DNA from: Blastocladiella emersonii ATCC 22665
Lineage: Eukaryota; Fungi; Blastocladiomycota
Direction of reading: 5' to 3'
NCBI GenBank assembly: GCA_025594325.1
Contig: JANHCV010000001.1
Location: forward strand, 3,720,001 to 3,784,000
DNA: 64,000 nucleotides
A program made the position numbers and the translations under genes. Each line of letters opens with the position of its first letter. Within the stretch, counting starts at the first letter, position 1. A model generated the notes under the pieces. That model made no database searches. It was not told where the DNA came from and worked only from the letters and a program-made list of their open reading frames with translations. Positions 25,496 through 38,900 of this stretch are shown piece by piece.

Positions 25496-28400
25496 ATGGC
25501 GGCACCCAACGATGCCGGCGCCTACCTGCGCACCACGGCGCAGCGGCTGACGGTCGACGCCGTCGCCATGGCCGCCTTCAACGAGAAGAAGTGGCTGTGG
25601 GTCCCCGACGCGGCCGAGGGCTACGTCCCCGCCCACGTCGTCAAGGAGAATGGCGACGACAATGTCACCATCAAGACGAGCGACGAGAAGGTACGCTCTT
25701 CCGACCGTGTGCCGCCGTGCCGCCGCGTATCACTCACACCTACACCTGTCCGTGGGTCCGTAGGAGCGCGTCGTCAACATCAACGACACGCAAAAGATGA
25801 ACCCGCCCAAGTTCGACAAGGTCGAGGACATGGCCGAGCTCGCCTACCTCAACGAGGCCTCGGTCGTGCACAACCTGCGGCTCCGCTACCACTCGAACCT
25901 GATCTACGTACGTTTTGCGTGGTAACCCGCCCCGACGACCACTAACCCCTCTCGCTCCGCTCCGGACAGACCTACTCGGGCCTCTTCCTCGTCGCAGTCA
26001 ACCCGTACCACCGCCTGCCCATCTACACGGAGCAGGTCATCATGTCGTACCGGAACAAGAAACGCGCCGAGATGCCGCCGCACGTCTTTGCCGTCACCGA
26101 CTCGGCCTACCGCGACATGCTCCAGGACCGCGAGAACCAGTCGATCCTCATCACGTACGTGCGCTGCACTCTCTCCGCTCGAACTCAGGTCACTGACACG
26201 CCACTGCTGATCCGAATAGCGGCGAGTCGGGCGCCGGGAAGACCGAGAACACGAAAAAGGTGATCCAGTACCTGGCCTACATTGCCGGCGACAAGTCGGC
26301 CAGCAACAAGGGCATGGGCAAGCTCGAGCAGCAGATCCTGCAGGCCAACCCGATCCTCGAGTCGTTCGGCAACGCCCAGACCATCCGCAACAACAACTCG
26401 TCGCGGTTCGGCAAGTTTGTCCGCATCGAGTTCAACTCGGCCGGCCAGATCTCGGGCGCCAACATTGAAAAGTACCTGCTCGAGAAGTCGCGCGTCACCC
26501 ACCAGACGGCCAAGGAGCGCAACTACCACATCTTCTACCAGATGCTCAAGGGGTCGAGCCCCGAGCTCAAGCGTACGCGTTTTTCATCATCGCGCGCGAC
26601 GAGGTGAGCGGCCGACTGACCTCGCTCATGACGTGTAGGCCAGCTGCTCCTTGACGGCAACCTCAACAGCTACCAGTTCACCAAGGCGTCCAACAAGAAC
26701 ATTGACGGCGTCGACGACGTGGCCGACTTCAAGTCGCTGCAGGAGTCCATGGACATCATGGGGTTCTCGCCCGAGGAGCAGACCGACTTCTTCCGCGCCG
26801 TGGCCGCGGTGCTCCTGCTCGGCAACATCACGTCGACGCCCGACCGCGAGCAGCAGGCACAGATCAACGACACGCTGCCGTGCGAGAAGGTGTGCCACGT
26901 GCTCGGGATCCCGGTGCAGGACTTCATCAAGGGCCTGACCAAGCCCAAGATCAAGGCGGGCCGCGACTGGGTCACGCAGTCGCGCACGCCCGAGCAGGTG
27001 ACGAGCTCGGTCGAGGCCCTGGCGCGCGCCCTGTACGAGCGCATGTTCTCGCGGCTCGTCGACCGCATCAACAGCGCGCTCGACCAGCCGTCGAGCCGGT
27101 CCACGTTCATCGGCGTGCTCGATATCGCCGGGTTCGAGATCTTCGAGATCAACTCGTTCGAGCAGCTGTGCATCAACTACACCAACGAGCGCCTCCAGCA
27201 GTTCTTCAACCACCACATGTTTATTCTCGAGCAAGAAGAGTACAAGCGCGAGGGCATCGAGTGGAAGTTCATCGACTTTGGTCTCGACCTGCAGCCGACC
27301 ATCGACCTGATCGAGAAGACCAACCCGATCGGCATCCTGTCGTGCCTCGACGAGGAGTGCGTGATGCCCAAGGCCACGGACAAGACGTTTGCCGAGAAGC
27401 TGCACGGGCTGTGGAAGGGCAAGTCGAACAAGTACGAGGTGCCGCGGTTCCAGGCCGGGTTCATCATCCACCACTACGCCGGCAAGGTCGAGTACAACGT
27501 GACGGGCTGGCTCGACCGCAACAAGGACCCGCTCAACGAGAACGTGACGCGGCTCCTGGCCACGTCGTCGGAGCGGTTTGTGGCGTCGCTGTTCAGCGAC
27601 TTCCTCGGCGACGGCGAGGACGCGCCGGCGCGCGCCCCGACCACGGCGTCGGGCGCGCCCAAGGCCATGATCGTCAAGAAGGGCGCGTTCCGCACCGTCG
27701 CGCAGCGCCACAAGGAGCAGCTCGTGTCGCTCATGGGCCAGCTGTACTCGACGCAGCCGCACTTCGTGCGGTGCATCATCCCGAACGAGGAAAAGCGGCC
27801 CGGCAAGCTCACGGTGCCGCTGGTCCTCGAGCAGCTGCGGTGCAACGGCGTGCTCGAGGGCATCCGCATCTGCCGCGCCGGGTTCCCGAACCGGCTGCCG
27901 TTTGCCGAGTTCCGCCAGCGGTACGAGATCCTGTGCCCGGGCCTGATCCCCAAGGGGTTCATGGACGGGCGCAAGGCGACGCAGACGATCCTCGAGTCGC
28001 TCGCGCTCGACGTGAACCAGTACCGGATCGGCAGCTCGAAAGTCTTCTTCCGCGCGGGCGTGCTGGCCGAGCTCGAGGAGATCCGCGATGTGAAGCTCGG
28101 CAAGATCATCTCCGGGTTCCAGGCGCAGTGCCGCGGGTTCCTCGCGCGCAAGATGCACCGGCGCAAGCTCGACCAGGTCAAGGCCATCAAGCTCGTGCAG
28201 CGCAACGCGCGCATCTACGTGCAGCTGCGCGAGTGGGCGTGGTGGAAGCTGTACGCCAAAGTCAAGCCGCTGCTCAACGTCGGCCGCATGGACGACGAGC
28301 TGCGCCGCAAGGAGGAGAACATTCTCGAGCTCAAGGACCAGATGACCCGCACCAAGGAGGAGCGCGACCAGCTCGACGCCCTGCGCGCTCAGCTCGAGAC

Positions 28401-31400
28401 CGAGAAGCGCCAGTACGAGGACCTGCTCAAGTCGGAGCAGTCGGCCGCCGCCGACCAGGCTGTGATCCTGTCGCGCGCGCAGGAGCGCCTCGCCGCGCTG
28501 CAGGACGAGCTCGACGCCTTCAACAAGGAGTACGCCGAGCTCGAGCGCGCGCACGACGAGGCCACGGTCAAGCGCATGAAGCTCGAGGTCGAGCACAAGG
28601 AGGTGTCCGAGATGCTCGCCGAGGAGAAGCAGCTCGTCGAGCGGCTCGAAAAGGAGCGCGCCGCCAAGGAGGCCCGCGTCAAGCAGCTCGAGCAGGACCT
28701 GGCCGGCAGCTCGGCGTCGGTGGCCAAGCTCGAGGCCGACAAGAAGTCGCTCGAGCAGGCCGTGGCCGACTACGAGCGCCAGCTGTCGAGCGGGTCCGAG
28801 AAGGAGGTGGAGCTCGTTAAGGCCAAGAAGCGGCTCGAGGCGCAGCTGCAGGAGGCCGAGGAGCGCTCGCTGCGCCAGGAGTCGGAGCTCGCGTCGCTCC
28901 ACGGCAAGCGCCAGGCCCTCGAGAACGAGCTGACCACGGTCAAGACGTCCCTCCTCGACGTGCAGCGCGCCAAGACGGACCTCGAGAACCTCGTCAAACG
29001 CAAGGAGTCGGAGATCGAGTCCATGTCGTCGCAGCTCAAGACGGAGTCGTCGGAGCGCGAGGCCGCCGAGAAGGCGCGCCGCGACCTGCAGTCCAAGATC
29101 GCGGTGCTCGAGGAGCAGCTGCAGAGCGAGACGGCCGAGAAGGAGCGGCTCGCCAAGCAGCGCAAGAAGCTCGAGGCCGAGTTCGACGACCTCAAGCACG
29201 TGGTCGACGACAAGAACGACCAGGAGTCCAAGAACCAGGAGCTGCGGCGCCTGCGCGAGTCGGAGCTCACGGACCTCAAGACGCAGCTGCAGATGCTCCA
29301 GCAGGAGCAGGAGGAGGCCAAGCGCAAGAACCTGGCCGCGTACGAGACGCTGCGCAAGGACTCGGAGTCGGTGCTCGCCGAGCGCAACAACATCAACAAG
29401 CAGCGGCTCGCGCTCGAGAAGAAGACCATCGACCTGCAGAACGAGCTGGACGAGCTCATGGACACCAAGAACAAGCTCGAGAAGGCCAAGCGCCAGCTCG
29501 ACGTGGACCTGAGCGCGTCCAAGGCCCGCACGCTCGAGCTCGAGGACAAGGTCTCGGAGCTGTCGGCCAGCAAGGAGACGCTCGAGAAGCAGCTCGCCGC
29601 GTCCAACGCGCGCGTCGAGGAGGAGGACGGCAAGGCCGAGCGCCTCGAGAAGGAGCGCGCCCAGCTCATCAAGCAGCTCGAGGCGGTCCGCGAGGAGCTC
29701 GAGGACGAGGCGCGCAAGCGCACCTCGGCCGAGTCACAGCGCAAGAAGTTGCAGTCGGAGCTCGCCGACCTGCAGTCCAAGGTGGCCGCCGACGAGGTTA
29801 CTGCGGCCGACCTCCAGCGCCGTCTCGCGGCCAAGACGCAGGAGGTGGACGCGCTCAAGGAAAAGTACACGCGCGACGCGACCGAGCGCGGCGCCGAGCT
29901 CGAGGAGGGCCGCAAGAAGCTCGAGCGCGAGATGCAGGACCTCAAGGGCAAGCTGGGCGAGTCCGAGTCGGCCGTGGCCAACCTCGAGAAGGCCAAGGCG
30001 CGGCTGACGACCGAGGTCGAGGACCTGCGGCTCGAGATTGAGCGCGAGCACACGTTTGCGCGGCAGGCCGAGAAGCTGCAGAAGCAGACCGAGAGCGACA
30101 TGCTGGCGCTCAACGCGGTTGTCGACAACGAGCGCCGCCAGCGCGAGCTCGCCGAGGCCAAGTGCCGCACGCTGCAGTCGAGCCTCGACTCGGTCCAGAT
30201 GCAGCTCGAGGACAAGCAGCAGGCGTTCCTGTCGCTGCAGCGCAGCAAGAACGACCTCGAGTCGGAGCTCAAGTCGCTCATCAACGAGATTGGCGACGGC
30301 GGCAAGAACGTGCACGACCTCGAAAAGGCCAAGAAGAAGCTCGAGGCGCGGATCGAGGAGCTGACGGCGCAGCTCGAGGAGGAGGAGGCGGCGCGCAAGA
30401 AGGCCGAGGACGCGCGGCGCCGGTCCGAGGAGCAGTTTGCCGAGTACCGCCAGTCGACGGAGCAGGACTCGCTCGCCAAGGAGGCGCTGCACGAGGAGAC
30501 GCGCAAGATGTTCCAGCGCGAGATCAACGAGCTCGGCATGCGCCTCGACGACGAGATCGCGGCCAAGAGCGAGCTCGTCAAGAACAAGAAGAAGCTCGAG
30601 GCCGACCTGCTCGAGCTCACGTCCAAGGAGGACAACTCGAACAAGTCCAAGACGGACCTCGAGAAGCTCAAGCGCAAGGCCGAGACGCAGCTGCGCGAGG
30701 TGCAGGCGCGGCTCGAGGCCGAGGAGCGCGCGCGCAAGAACTTCGAGGAGCTCGCGCAGCGCCACGAGAAGAAGGCCGGCACGCTGTCGAGCGAGGTCGA
30801 GCGGCTCGAGCAGGCCGTGGAGGCGACAGAGCGCGAGCGCAAGAAGCTCGAGAAGCGCGTCGAGGAGCTCGCCAGCGAGCTCGAGGGCGGCGAGGGCGGC
30901 AGCAAGGCGCAGCTGCTCGAGGCCAAGAAAAAGCTCGACCGCGACCTCGCCCGCATGCGCGAGGAGCTCGAGCAGGAGCAGGAGCTGCGCCAGCACCTCG
31001 AGTCGCAGCGCCGCGAGGGCCTCTCGGACGTGGAGTCGGCGCGCGGTCGGTTCAAGGAGGAGTACGAGGAGAAGATCGAGAAGCTCGAGGAGTCGCGCCG
31101 CGCCCTGCTCGCGTCGCAGCGCCTGTCGCAGCAGGAGCTCGAGCACAAGCAGCGCGACATGGAGTCGCTCGAGAAGCAGCGGCGCCTGCAGCAGGCCGAG
31201 CTCGACCAGCTCAAGGAGCGGCTCGAGCAGGAGATTGCGGCCAAGAACGACGAGCTCGCGATGCGCCGCAAGCTCACGACCGAGGCCAAGGACCTGCAGA
31301 CCAAGCTCGAGATGGAGATGGCCAAGACGCTCGAGCTCTCGGACAGCCTCGCCCTGTTCAAGTCGCGCGCGGACCAGGCCATCTCGCGGCTCGAGGTCAG

Positions 31401-32706
31401 CGAGATGGCGCGCCTCAAGGCCGAGAAGTCGGAGGGCTCGCTCAAGCTGCAGCTCAAGGAGGCCGAGGAGACGCTGGCCGAGGTGAGCAAGGACAAGAAG
31501 ATTGCCGAGGACCGCATCAAGGCGTTCGAGGTGGAGCTGCGCGAGCTGTCGGCGCGCGCCGAGGAGGAGTCGGCCGATCTCGGCGAGGCGCAGGTCGCGC
31601 GGCGCAAGCTCGCGCACGAGATGGAGGAGGAGCGCGAGCGCCACAAGCGCGAGATAGAGGAGCGCGAGCAGCAGCTCGACCAGTTCAAGCGCCGGTACCA
31701 GGCGCAGCTCAAGGAGCTGTCGAGCGAGGTCGAGATGGAGCGCCGCAACAACCTGCGCATCAAGGAGGAGCTCAAGGGCTTCGAGTCCGAGAACACGGAC
31801 CTCGCGGCGCGCCTCGACGAGGAGCACCGCGCCAAGATCGCGCTGCTCAAGGAGCGCGAGCGGCTCGAGACCAAGGCTGCCGACATTGCGCGCCAGTACG
31901 CGGACGCGCTCACGGCCAACGACGACTACCAGAACCAGATCACCAAGCACATTGCGCAGATCCGCGAGGTGCGCGCGCAGCTGCTCGAGGTCGAGGCGCA
32001 GAAGGCCGTGCTCGAGAAGACCAAGAAGAACCTAGACGCGCGCATCGAGGAGCTGACGGATCAGTACTGCGAGGCGACCAAGGCCCGCAACACGGCGCAG
32101 GGCAGCCTGTCGGCGCTCGAGCAGGAGGTGCTCGGCCTCCGGCTGACGGCAGAGGAGAGCGAGGAGCGCGCGCAGGTCGCGCAGGAGAAGCTGTCCAAGG
32201 CCGAGCTCGCGCTGCAGCAGTCGCAGGCCGAGGTGATCCGGTGTAAGGACCTGGTCGACGACGCGGAGCGGGCGCGGCTCAGCCTCGAGAAGCAGACCAA
32301 AGAGCTCACGCTGCGCGTCATGGAGCTCGAGAGCGCGACGCTCGGCGAGGGCGGCAAGGCCGTGGGTCGGCTGCAGGCGCGCATCGACGAGCTCGTGGCC
32401 GCGCTCGAGAAGGAGACGCGCGACAAGGAGGAGGCGACGCGCAACTCGCGCAAGGCCGACCGCACCGTCAAGGACCTGCAGCTGCAGCTCGCGGACCGCG
32501 ACAAGCAGAAGCAGCGCATGGACGAGGAGCTCGAGAAGGCCGAGGCCAAGGTGAAGCGGCTCAAGTCCCAGGTCGACGAGATGGAGGCCAACGACTCGAA
32601 CCTGCAGCTCGCCAAGCGGCGACTCGAGCGCGAGCTCCAGGACTCGCTCGAGCGCGCAAACCGGCTGGAAGCCGAGTCCAAGCGGCTCAAGGCGCGTGCT
32701 GTCTGA
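25496..32706 (+). CDS. Myosin II heavy chain (conventional, non-muscle type)
   Basis: SH3-like N-terminus (KKWLWVPD), [23 protein letters not shown]-loop [37 protein letters not shown] motifs and a ~1100-aa heptad coiled-coil tail. Confidence 0.97.
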
Positions 32707-32966
32707 TTTTACTATTCAATCCACTCTGCCGTTATTTTTCATCGCAATCAATCAACTATTTCTGTTCTCCAATGAAGTCTCTCTCGAGCAAGGGGAACGA
32801 GAATGTGCAAGTATGGCTGGACCGACAGTCCGAAGACGCGTTGCGCCACATCGCGCCCCGTTTCAGCCCGAGCTTCGCGCCATCAGCACGAATGGAGGTC
32901 AAGTGAATGGATGCAGTGTATGAAAATGATTTGCCATGATGAGAGAGTGTCGATAAGGACGGGAGC

Positions 32967-35900
32967 TCAATCAAAGTCGCTGTCGCGCAAGAGCAAGTGT
33001 TCGAGCGCCGCGTCCTCAAGGAGCTGCTCGAGCAGCTCATCGACCGCGAGCTCAAGCTTCTCCTTCTGAAACTCCTCGACCGTCGGGACCGGCGGTTTCG
33101 GCGCGACCGATGGGGCAGGAGAACTCGTCGCCGCGGGACCAGGTCGACCAGCCGCTGCCCTGCGGTACTCGTCGCGCAGGTCCTGCAGGATCCAGACGTC
33201 GACGGCGTCGTTGTGCTTGGCCGCGAGCTCGAGGTCGTGCTTGACCGAGGCGACCAGCTCGCGGTACAGATACACAGCGGGGATGGACGTGCACGCGTCG
33301 CCGAGCCGGGCAAAGAAGGCGTCGCGGAAGTCGGACGCGAGGTCGGCGAGGATCTGGTTGGCGCCACCGTTGCGGTAGATGGGGTGGGCAACGGGGCCGA
33401 GAGCCGAGGTGCGCGTGATGGTATCGTGGTGGTGGAGCAGCAGGAACGAGAGGTACCGCTCAGCGTAGTCGGCCTTGACGATGCCGTCGGGGGCGGCGGT
33501 GGCGACCGTCTGCGTCTCGAGCTGGATCGAGTCGAGGCCTACCGTGTCGGCCGCAGCGCCCGTCATGAGCTGGTCGAGGAACTCGTCGACGGCCGTATCG
33601 AGGAGTGGGAGCAGGTCCTCGTCGACGGCAAGGCTGGCCGGCGCGGGAGGGGAAACTGGTGCGGCGGGCGCTGGCGAAGCGGGTTCCGCGCCAGCAACCT
33701 CGACGTCGGCGGCCGTCGAAACGAGCACCGGGGCACTCGTCTCGTCAAACGAGTCCATGCTGTACTCCTTGGCCGACTCGGACTCGCCCTCGGCAGACTC
33801 GGCGACCTGGCTGGCCGAGGAGGCGGTCGACGACGACTCGACCGACTCGATGGTCGTGTCGTTGGACGGCCCACTGGGCGACAGGTCGAGACCGCTTGCC
33901 GTTGCGGAAGCCGGCGGGAGCGGCTACACCTTGGGCGCGACAGGGTCCATCGCGATGGATGATGGCGAGGACTGGAGCGCAGGCGCAGCGTACGACGGCG
34001 AAGCCACGGTCGAAGCGGGGCCCGCTTCGCTCGCGGTCGCGTCGTTGCCGTGATCCGCGGCGCCGGCGGCGTGAGCGACCGATGCGGGTGTCGGGGTCGC
34101 ACCATCCAGTTCCGCGCGCTCAGCAGCCGCGACAGGCGCGGCGAGCTCGGACGCAGAAGCCGACGCGTCAAAGTCGTTCGAGTAGTCGAGTTCCGAGGCG
34201 GACGGGGCCGAGAGGTTGGTCGCGTCGTCAATCTCGTCTGCGACTGAGGGCATGCTCGACTGGCCGATGGACGTGTCTGCGCGGTCATGGTGCGACGAAA
34301 TGGTGGCCGAGTCGAGCTCGAGTTTCGGCACCGCGGAAGCGGGTTCTGCGTGATCGGCGAGCGAAGCGTGGGACACGGTGGCAGCGGCGAGTTGCTCGGC
34401 GAGCCGGCGCAGCGCGTCGACGTGTGGTAGAGGCGTCGTGGCAGCCGATGTCGAAGCTGGCGCGGAATCGACGCCGGCACGATCCAGGAGAAGTGCCGAG
34501 GGAAGCACAGAAGTCGAAGCCGCGCTCGACTGGTCGACGGGCGAGGCGGAGCCATTCGAGGCCACAACGTCGTCAGCAATCTCGCTTTCGACCGAGTCAG
34601 CCGAGACGGAGCGGTCGAGCCCGAGCGAAGCAGCAGGATCGGCGCGCGACAGCGGATCGCGTGTTAGCGCCGACCCCATATCCTCGTCGGCAGGCGCGTC
34701 GAACGAGTCCATGAGGTATTGGTCGGCCGCGGCGACGCTCGGCTGGGCCTGCCCCGCTTCGACCGGCGGCGGGGATACGCCCCGAGCGGGATTCGCAGCG
34801 GGAACAGTAATCGGCGCGGCGACGGGCTCGGGCTCAGCGCCGACGCGCACGCGAGAGTCGACTACGCTCACCTCCTCGGCCGTGGCCAGCGACTCGGCGA
34901 TCAAGGTCGACACGTCCGAAGCGTCGTCGATCTGCGAATTCTTCGCGCTGGGCGATTTGGCTGACGACCGAGCCGATGAGCGGTGGGACGAGGCCGATGA
35001 AGACGACGCGGAAGGCGGCTGCGCGACCTCAGCAGCCGAACGCGCGGAAGTGAGGGCCGCAGCCGAGCTGGCATCGGCGTGGCTCGCGTCGAGCTCGGGC
35101 AGCGACTCGGCAATGGACGACGAGGCGGAGGCAGCATCAACTGGTGACGCTGGCAAGCTCGACGTCTTGGACGACGTTCGAGTCGACGAACGGCGAGACG
35201 AGGTCGATGAGGAGCGCGAGAGCGAGTGCTGCGAGGGCGCGAGTGCTGCATCAGGTCCAGCCGGCGCAGCGGCCAGCGAGCTCGCCACGGCGACCGACGC
35301 ACCGCTCGCCGCGAGAATCGACGAGAATTCGGCGATAGACGTCGACGCGTTGGACGCCTCGTCAGCGGGCGACGATGGCGCAGTGGACGACGCGGCCGAC
35401 GAGGGAGGCGTGGAGCGGCGCGACGAGCTTGAGGATGCGCGCGAGCTGGACCGCTGCAGGAACGCGGCGACCGAGTGCGGAGCTGCCGAGGTAGAAAAAT
35501 CGTCCGAGACGTCCGCAATCGACTCGGTTACTGACCGCGAAGCTGTCGCAGCCGCATCGTCGGGAACCGAGCCGCTCGCAGCGGAACGGGGCGCCGATGA
35601 CCGAGCCGACGACGAGGCCGACTTGATTCGCCGCTTCGACAAGGAAGTAGCCGACCGCAATGAGGTCGACGAGGCGGACGAGCGGCGCGATCCCGCCGAC
35701 GCGATGGATTCCGCGACCGAGCTGGTCGGCGACGAGGAACCCGTACGCAACGCGCTTGCGGACGGCGCTCCATCCGCCATTTCCGAGCGCGGAGCGGATG
35801 CGACCGATGCGATGGAGCCATAGGCGACGGACGCGGCAGTCGCGTCGACCACCGAGTGGATTGAGGCTGAGGACTTGGCGTCGACGGCGGAAACCGCCTC

Positions 35901-38900
35901 CTGCTCAGCACAGCTGGCGTTCGACGCGACGTAGCTCGCGAACGAGCCGGACACGTCGAGGTCGTCGGGAAGCAGGTTCGCGGACGCGCCGGCGGATGAA
36001 GCAGGCGCATGCTCGCTCGCGATCTGCTCGGCGACGCTGCCGGTCGTGACCGAGGCCAAGGACCGCTCACCGGACCGGGACGACGACGAGGCCGAGTGCG
36101 AGGAGCGCGCGAGCGAGGGCACGGGCGACGCCGAGGCCGAGTGCGAGGAGCGCGCGAGCGAGGGCACGGGCGACGCCGACTTGCTCGAGCGTGACGACAG
36201 CCTCGCGGCGCTCGCGGAAGCCACGCTCGACGGCCGCGTGGACGGGGCGGACCCGAAGACGCTGGCGGCGATCGAGCCGGTGGAGAGCCCGTGCTTGGAC
36301 CCGGAATGGGTGCTCGAGCTGCTAGCGAGCTGCTCCTTGTCGACGACGCTTGACGCGACCGACTCGGGGATCGACGCGTGGCTGACGTCAAAGGCGGTAG
36401 GCGGGGCCAACGACGCGGCTGAGATCGAGGCCGAGCAATGGCCGACCGCGCCATCGCTGCCGCGGACGGACCGGGACGCGGCGATCGAGTGGACCGACTC
36501 GACGGCGCTCGCGACGGACGAGACGGCGCTCGCGTCAAGGCCGGCGACGGTGCTGGCCTCGTCGTGGATCTCGGACGCAATGGACGACGCCGAAAACTGG
36601 TCCCGAGACGCGATGCGGGACGCGGTGTGCGGTGTACTTGCAGCGCTGCCCGACGACGCCGAGATCGGCAATGCGGCCGTGACGGTGGCGAGAGCCTCGG
36701 ACTCGTCGGCGATGCTCTCGGCAAACTCGTCGTCGGCGTAGCGCGAGTCGGCTGTTTCCTCGTCGACGCTGTCCGCAATCGACTGAGACCGCTCGGACAC
36801 GATCGACTCGGTGACCGCGGCGCTGCCCGAGCGCGAAGCAGCGTATGAGGACACCGCAGACACGGTGAACGAGGCGCCCTTGGACGCGTCGCCCGCGAGG
36901 CCGTCATCGATCAGCGAGTCAGCCGTGAGCGACGCGTGCCAGTCGACGGGCACGTTGGTTTCGAGGAACCCGTGGTGCGGGTTGATGGCGTCGAGGAGGC
37001 TCTGCGACGGGAAGAAGGTGTTGTCGGCTGCGGCGGCGTGCGCAGGGGTGGTCGGCGACACGGAGCCGTGGTCGTCGTAGTCGTTGGCGAGGTAGCTGTT
37101 GGGCTGCTGCGCGGGAAGCGTCACAGCCTGCGGTAGCGGCGCCTCGGCGACATGTGCTGGCGGCGGGACAAACGCGACGGCAGCCTCGGACGCGGAGGGC
37201 GCAGCAGGTGGCGGCGCGGCACTCGCTGGGCGGGACAGTTCCTCGAGAGCAACCGGCTCTACAAGGTTTGCAATGTGAGCCAAAGCCGCGGTTACACCAA
37301 AAGCACTCGAGACGCACCATGCGGTTCGAACCGGTACGTCGGGACCGGCCGCGGCGTTGCGCTGCCGTAGTAGCGGCGGACGAGCGACGAGTTGGACGTG
37401 GTGGAGACCGTTGACGAGTCGGCGCTGCTCGCGAGCGACTCGCGGCTCGACGCCGTGTACCCAGGCCGGCGGCGGAGTGTCGAGCGCTTCTCGCGCGGCT
37501 GCGGCGGGGCGTGGTGGAGGTGGTCGTAGCGTCCACCGTACGCGGCTGCGGCGGGACCTGGCGTCATAAAGACTGGCGGTGGCGGCGGGACCGGCGCGGC
37601 CGCCTGCTGCGGCGGGAGAACAAAGTCCTGCGGCGGCTGGCGCGCCTGCGCCTGGAGCAGCTCGACCTTGGCCTCGAGTTCGAGGACCTGCTGCTGCAGC
37701 TTGCTGGCCATGAGCTCGCGGACGAGGTGCTGGTTCTCGGCGAACATGTGCGCGACGACCTGCACGAGCTGCTGGCTGTGGAACGCGCCGCCGTCAGCAG
37801 GGTGCTGGGCGGGTGCGGGGTCAACGCGCTGCAGCGAGCTGCTGGGTTCGGACGACCGCGGCGGCGCCGAATCGTCGAGGAAGTCGGTCTGGACGGCCTT
37901 GTGCGCCGTGACCCACCCGGCCTGCGTCGCCGAGTGTGCGAGCGGGGCCACGGTGCACTGCGCGGCCGTGTGGACGAGGGCTGGTTTCGATGCGGCCGCG
38001 GGCAGCGAGTTGGCAGCGGGCAGCGGGGGCGCCTCCTTCTGGACCACCGGCGTAGCCTGCACCTCGGGAAGCCGCGCGGGCGCAGGCTCAGGACCAGCCG
38101 CCGGGCCGGCCTCGGCGTCCAGCGGCGGAACTACCACGGGCGTGATAGGCGACCAGAACCCAGGCGCGGTACGCGTAGCCGGGATCTCAGTCGCCGGATG
38201 CGGTGCCGCGGCGCGGGGTCCAACCGACCCCGAGAGCGACACGGCGGGGAGGTACTGGTGGTGCGGGAACGCGCCGGGTCCGAGGGTGCGGCCAAAGTGG
38301 GCGATCGAGTCGAGCAGGACGTTGGCGAGGTGGATCGACTCGGCGGCGAACGCGGACCGGTCAAAGGCCGCCGGTTGAGGCGCAGGCGGGGAGCCGGGCG
38401 GCGCGATGGACTCGTACGTGAGCTCGCACGGCGGGAGGATTGGGGCGTAGTCGTGGTGGTGGTAGCCGGGCGTCGGCGTCACATCGTCGCCGCTGTCGAC
38501 GGTGCCGTGGTCGTGCAGGAGCGACGAGCCGTCCGCGGCCGGGAGGACCTTTCGGCCGTGGTGGCGCGCCGGCTCGGTGGCGACCGCGTCCTCGGGCACG
38601 TCCTCGACGACACCGCCGTCGGACAGGTGCGAGGACCCGCCGACGGCGAACTGGATGCTCGAGAAGTCGAGGACACGGTCGACTGCCGGTTGAGCAGGTT
38701 GGCGCGGGACGTGCTCGGTGATCGGGTGGTAGTGGCCGCCGGTCCACTTGGCCGTGGAGGCGGCGCGCGAGGCGGCGTTGACGGCGGCGAGGCGCGAGAA
38801 GACGTTGAGCGGGCTGAAGTAGTCGAGCGTCTCCTTGGGGCGCGGCTGCGAGGGGACCGCTGCGGACGGTTCCGGCAGTACGGTAGCGCAGAGCTTGGGC

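Noticed and set aside
26626-32690. Long minus-strand and alternate-frame ORFs over myosin II
   Set aside because: Shadows of a codon-biased gene; GAG/AAG/CTC repeats leave other frames free of stops.
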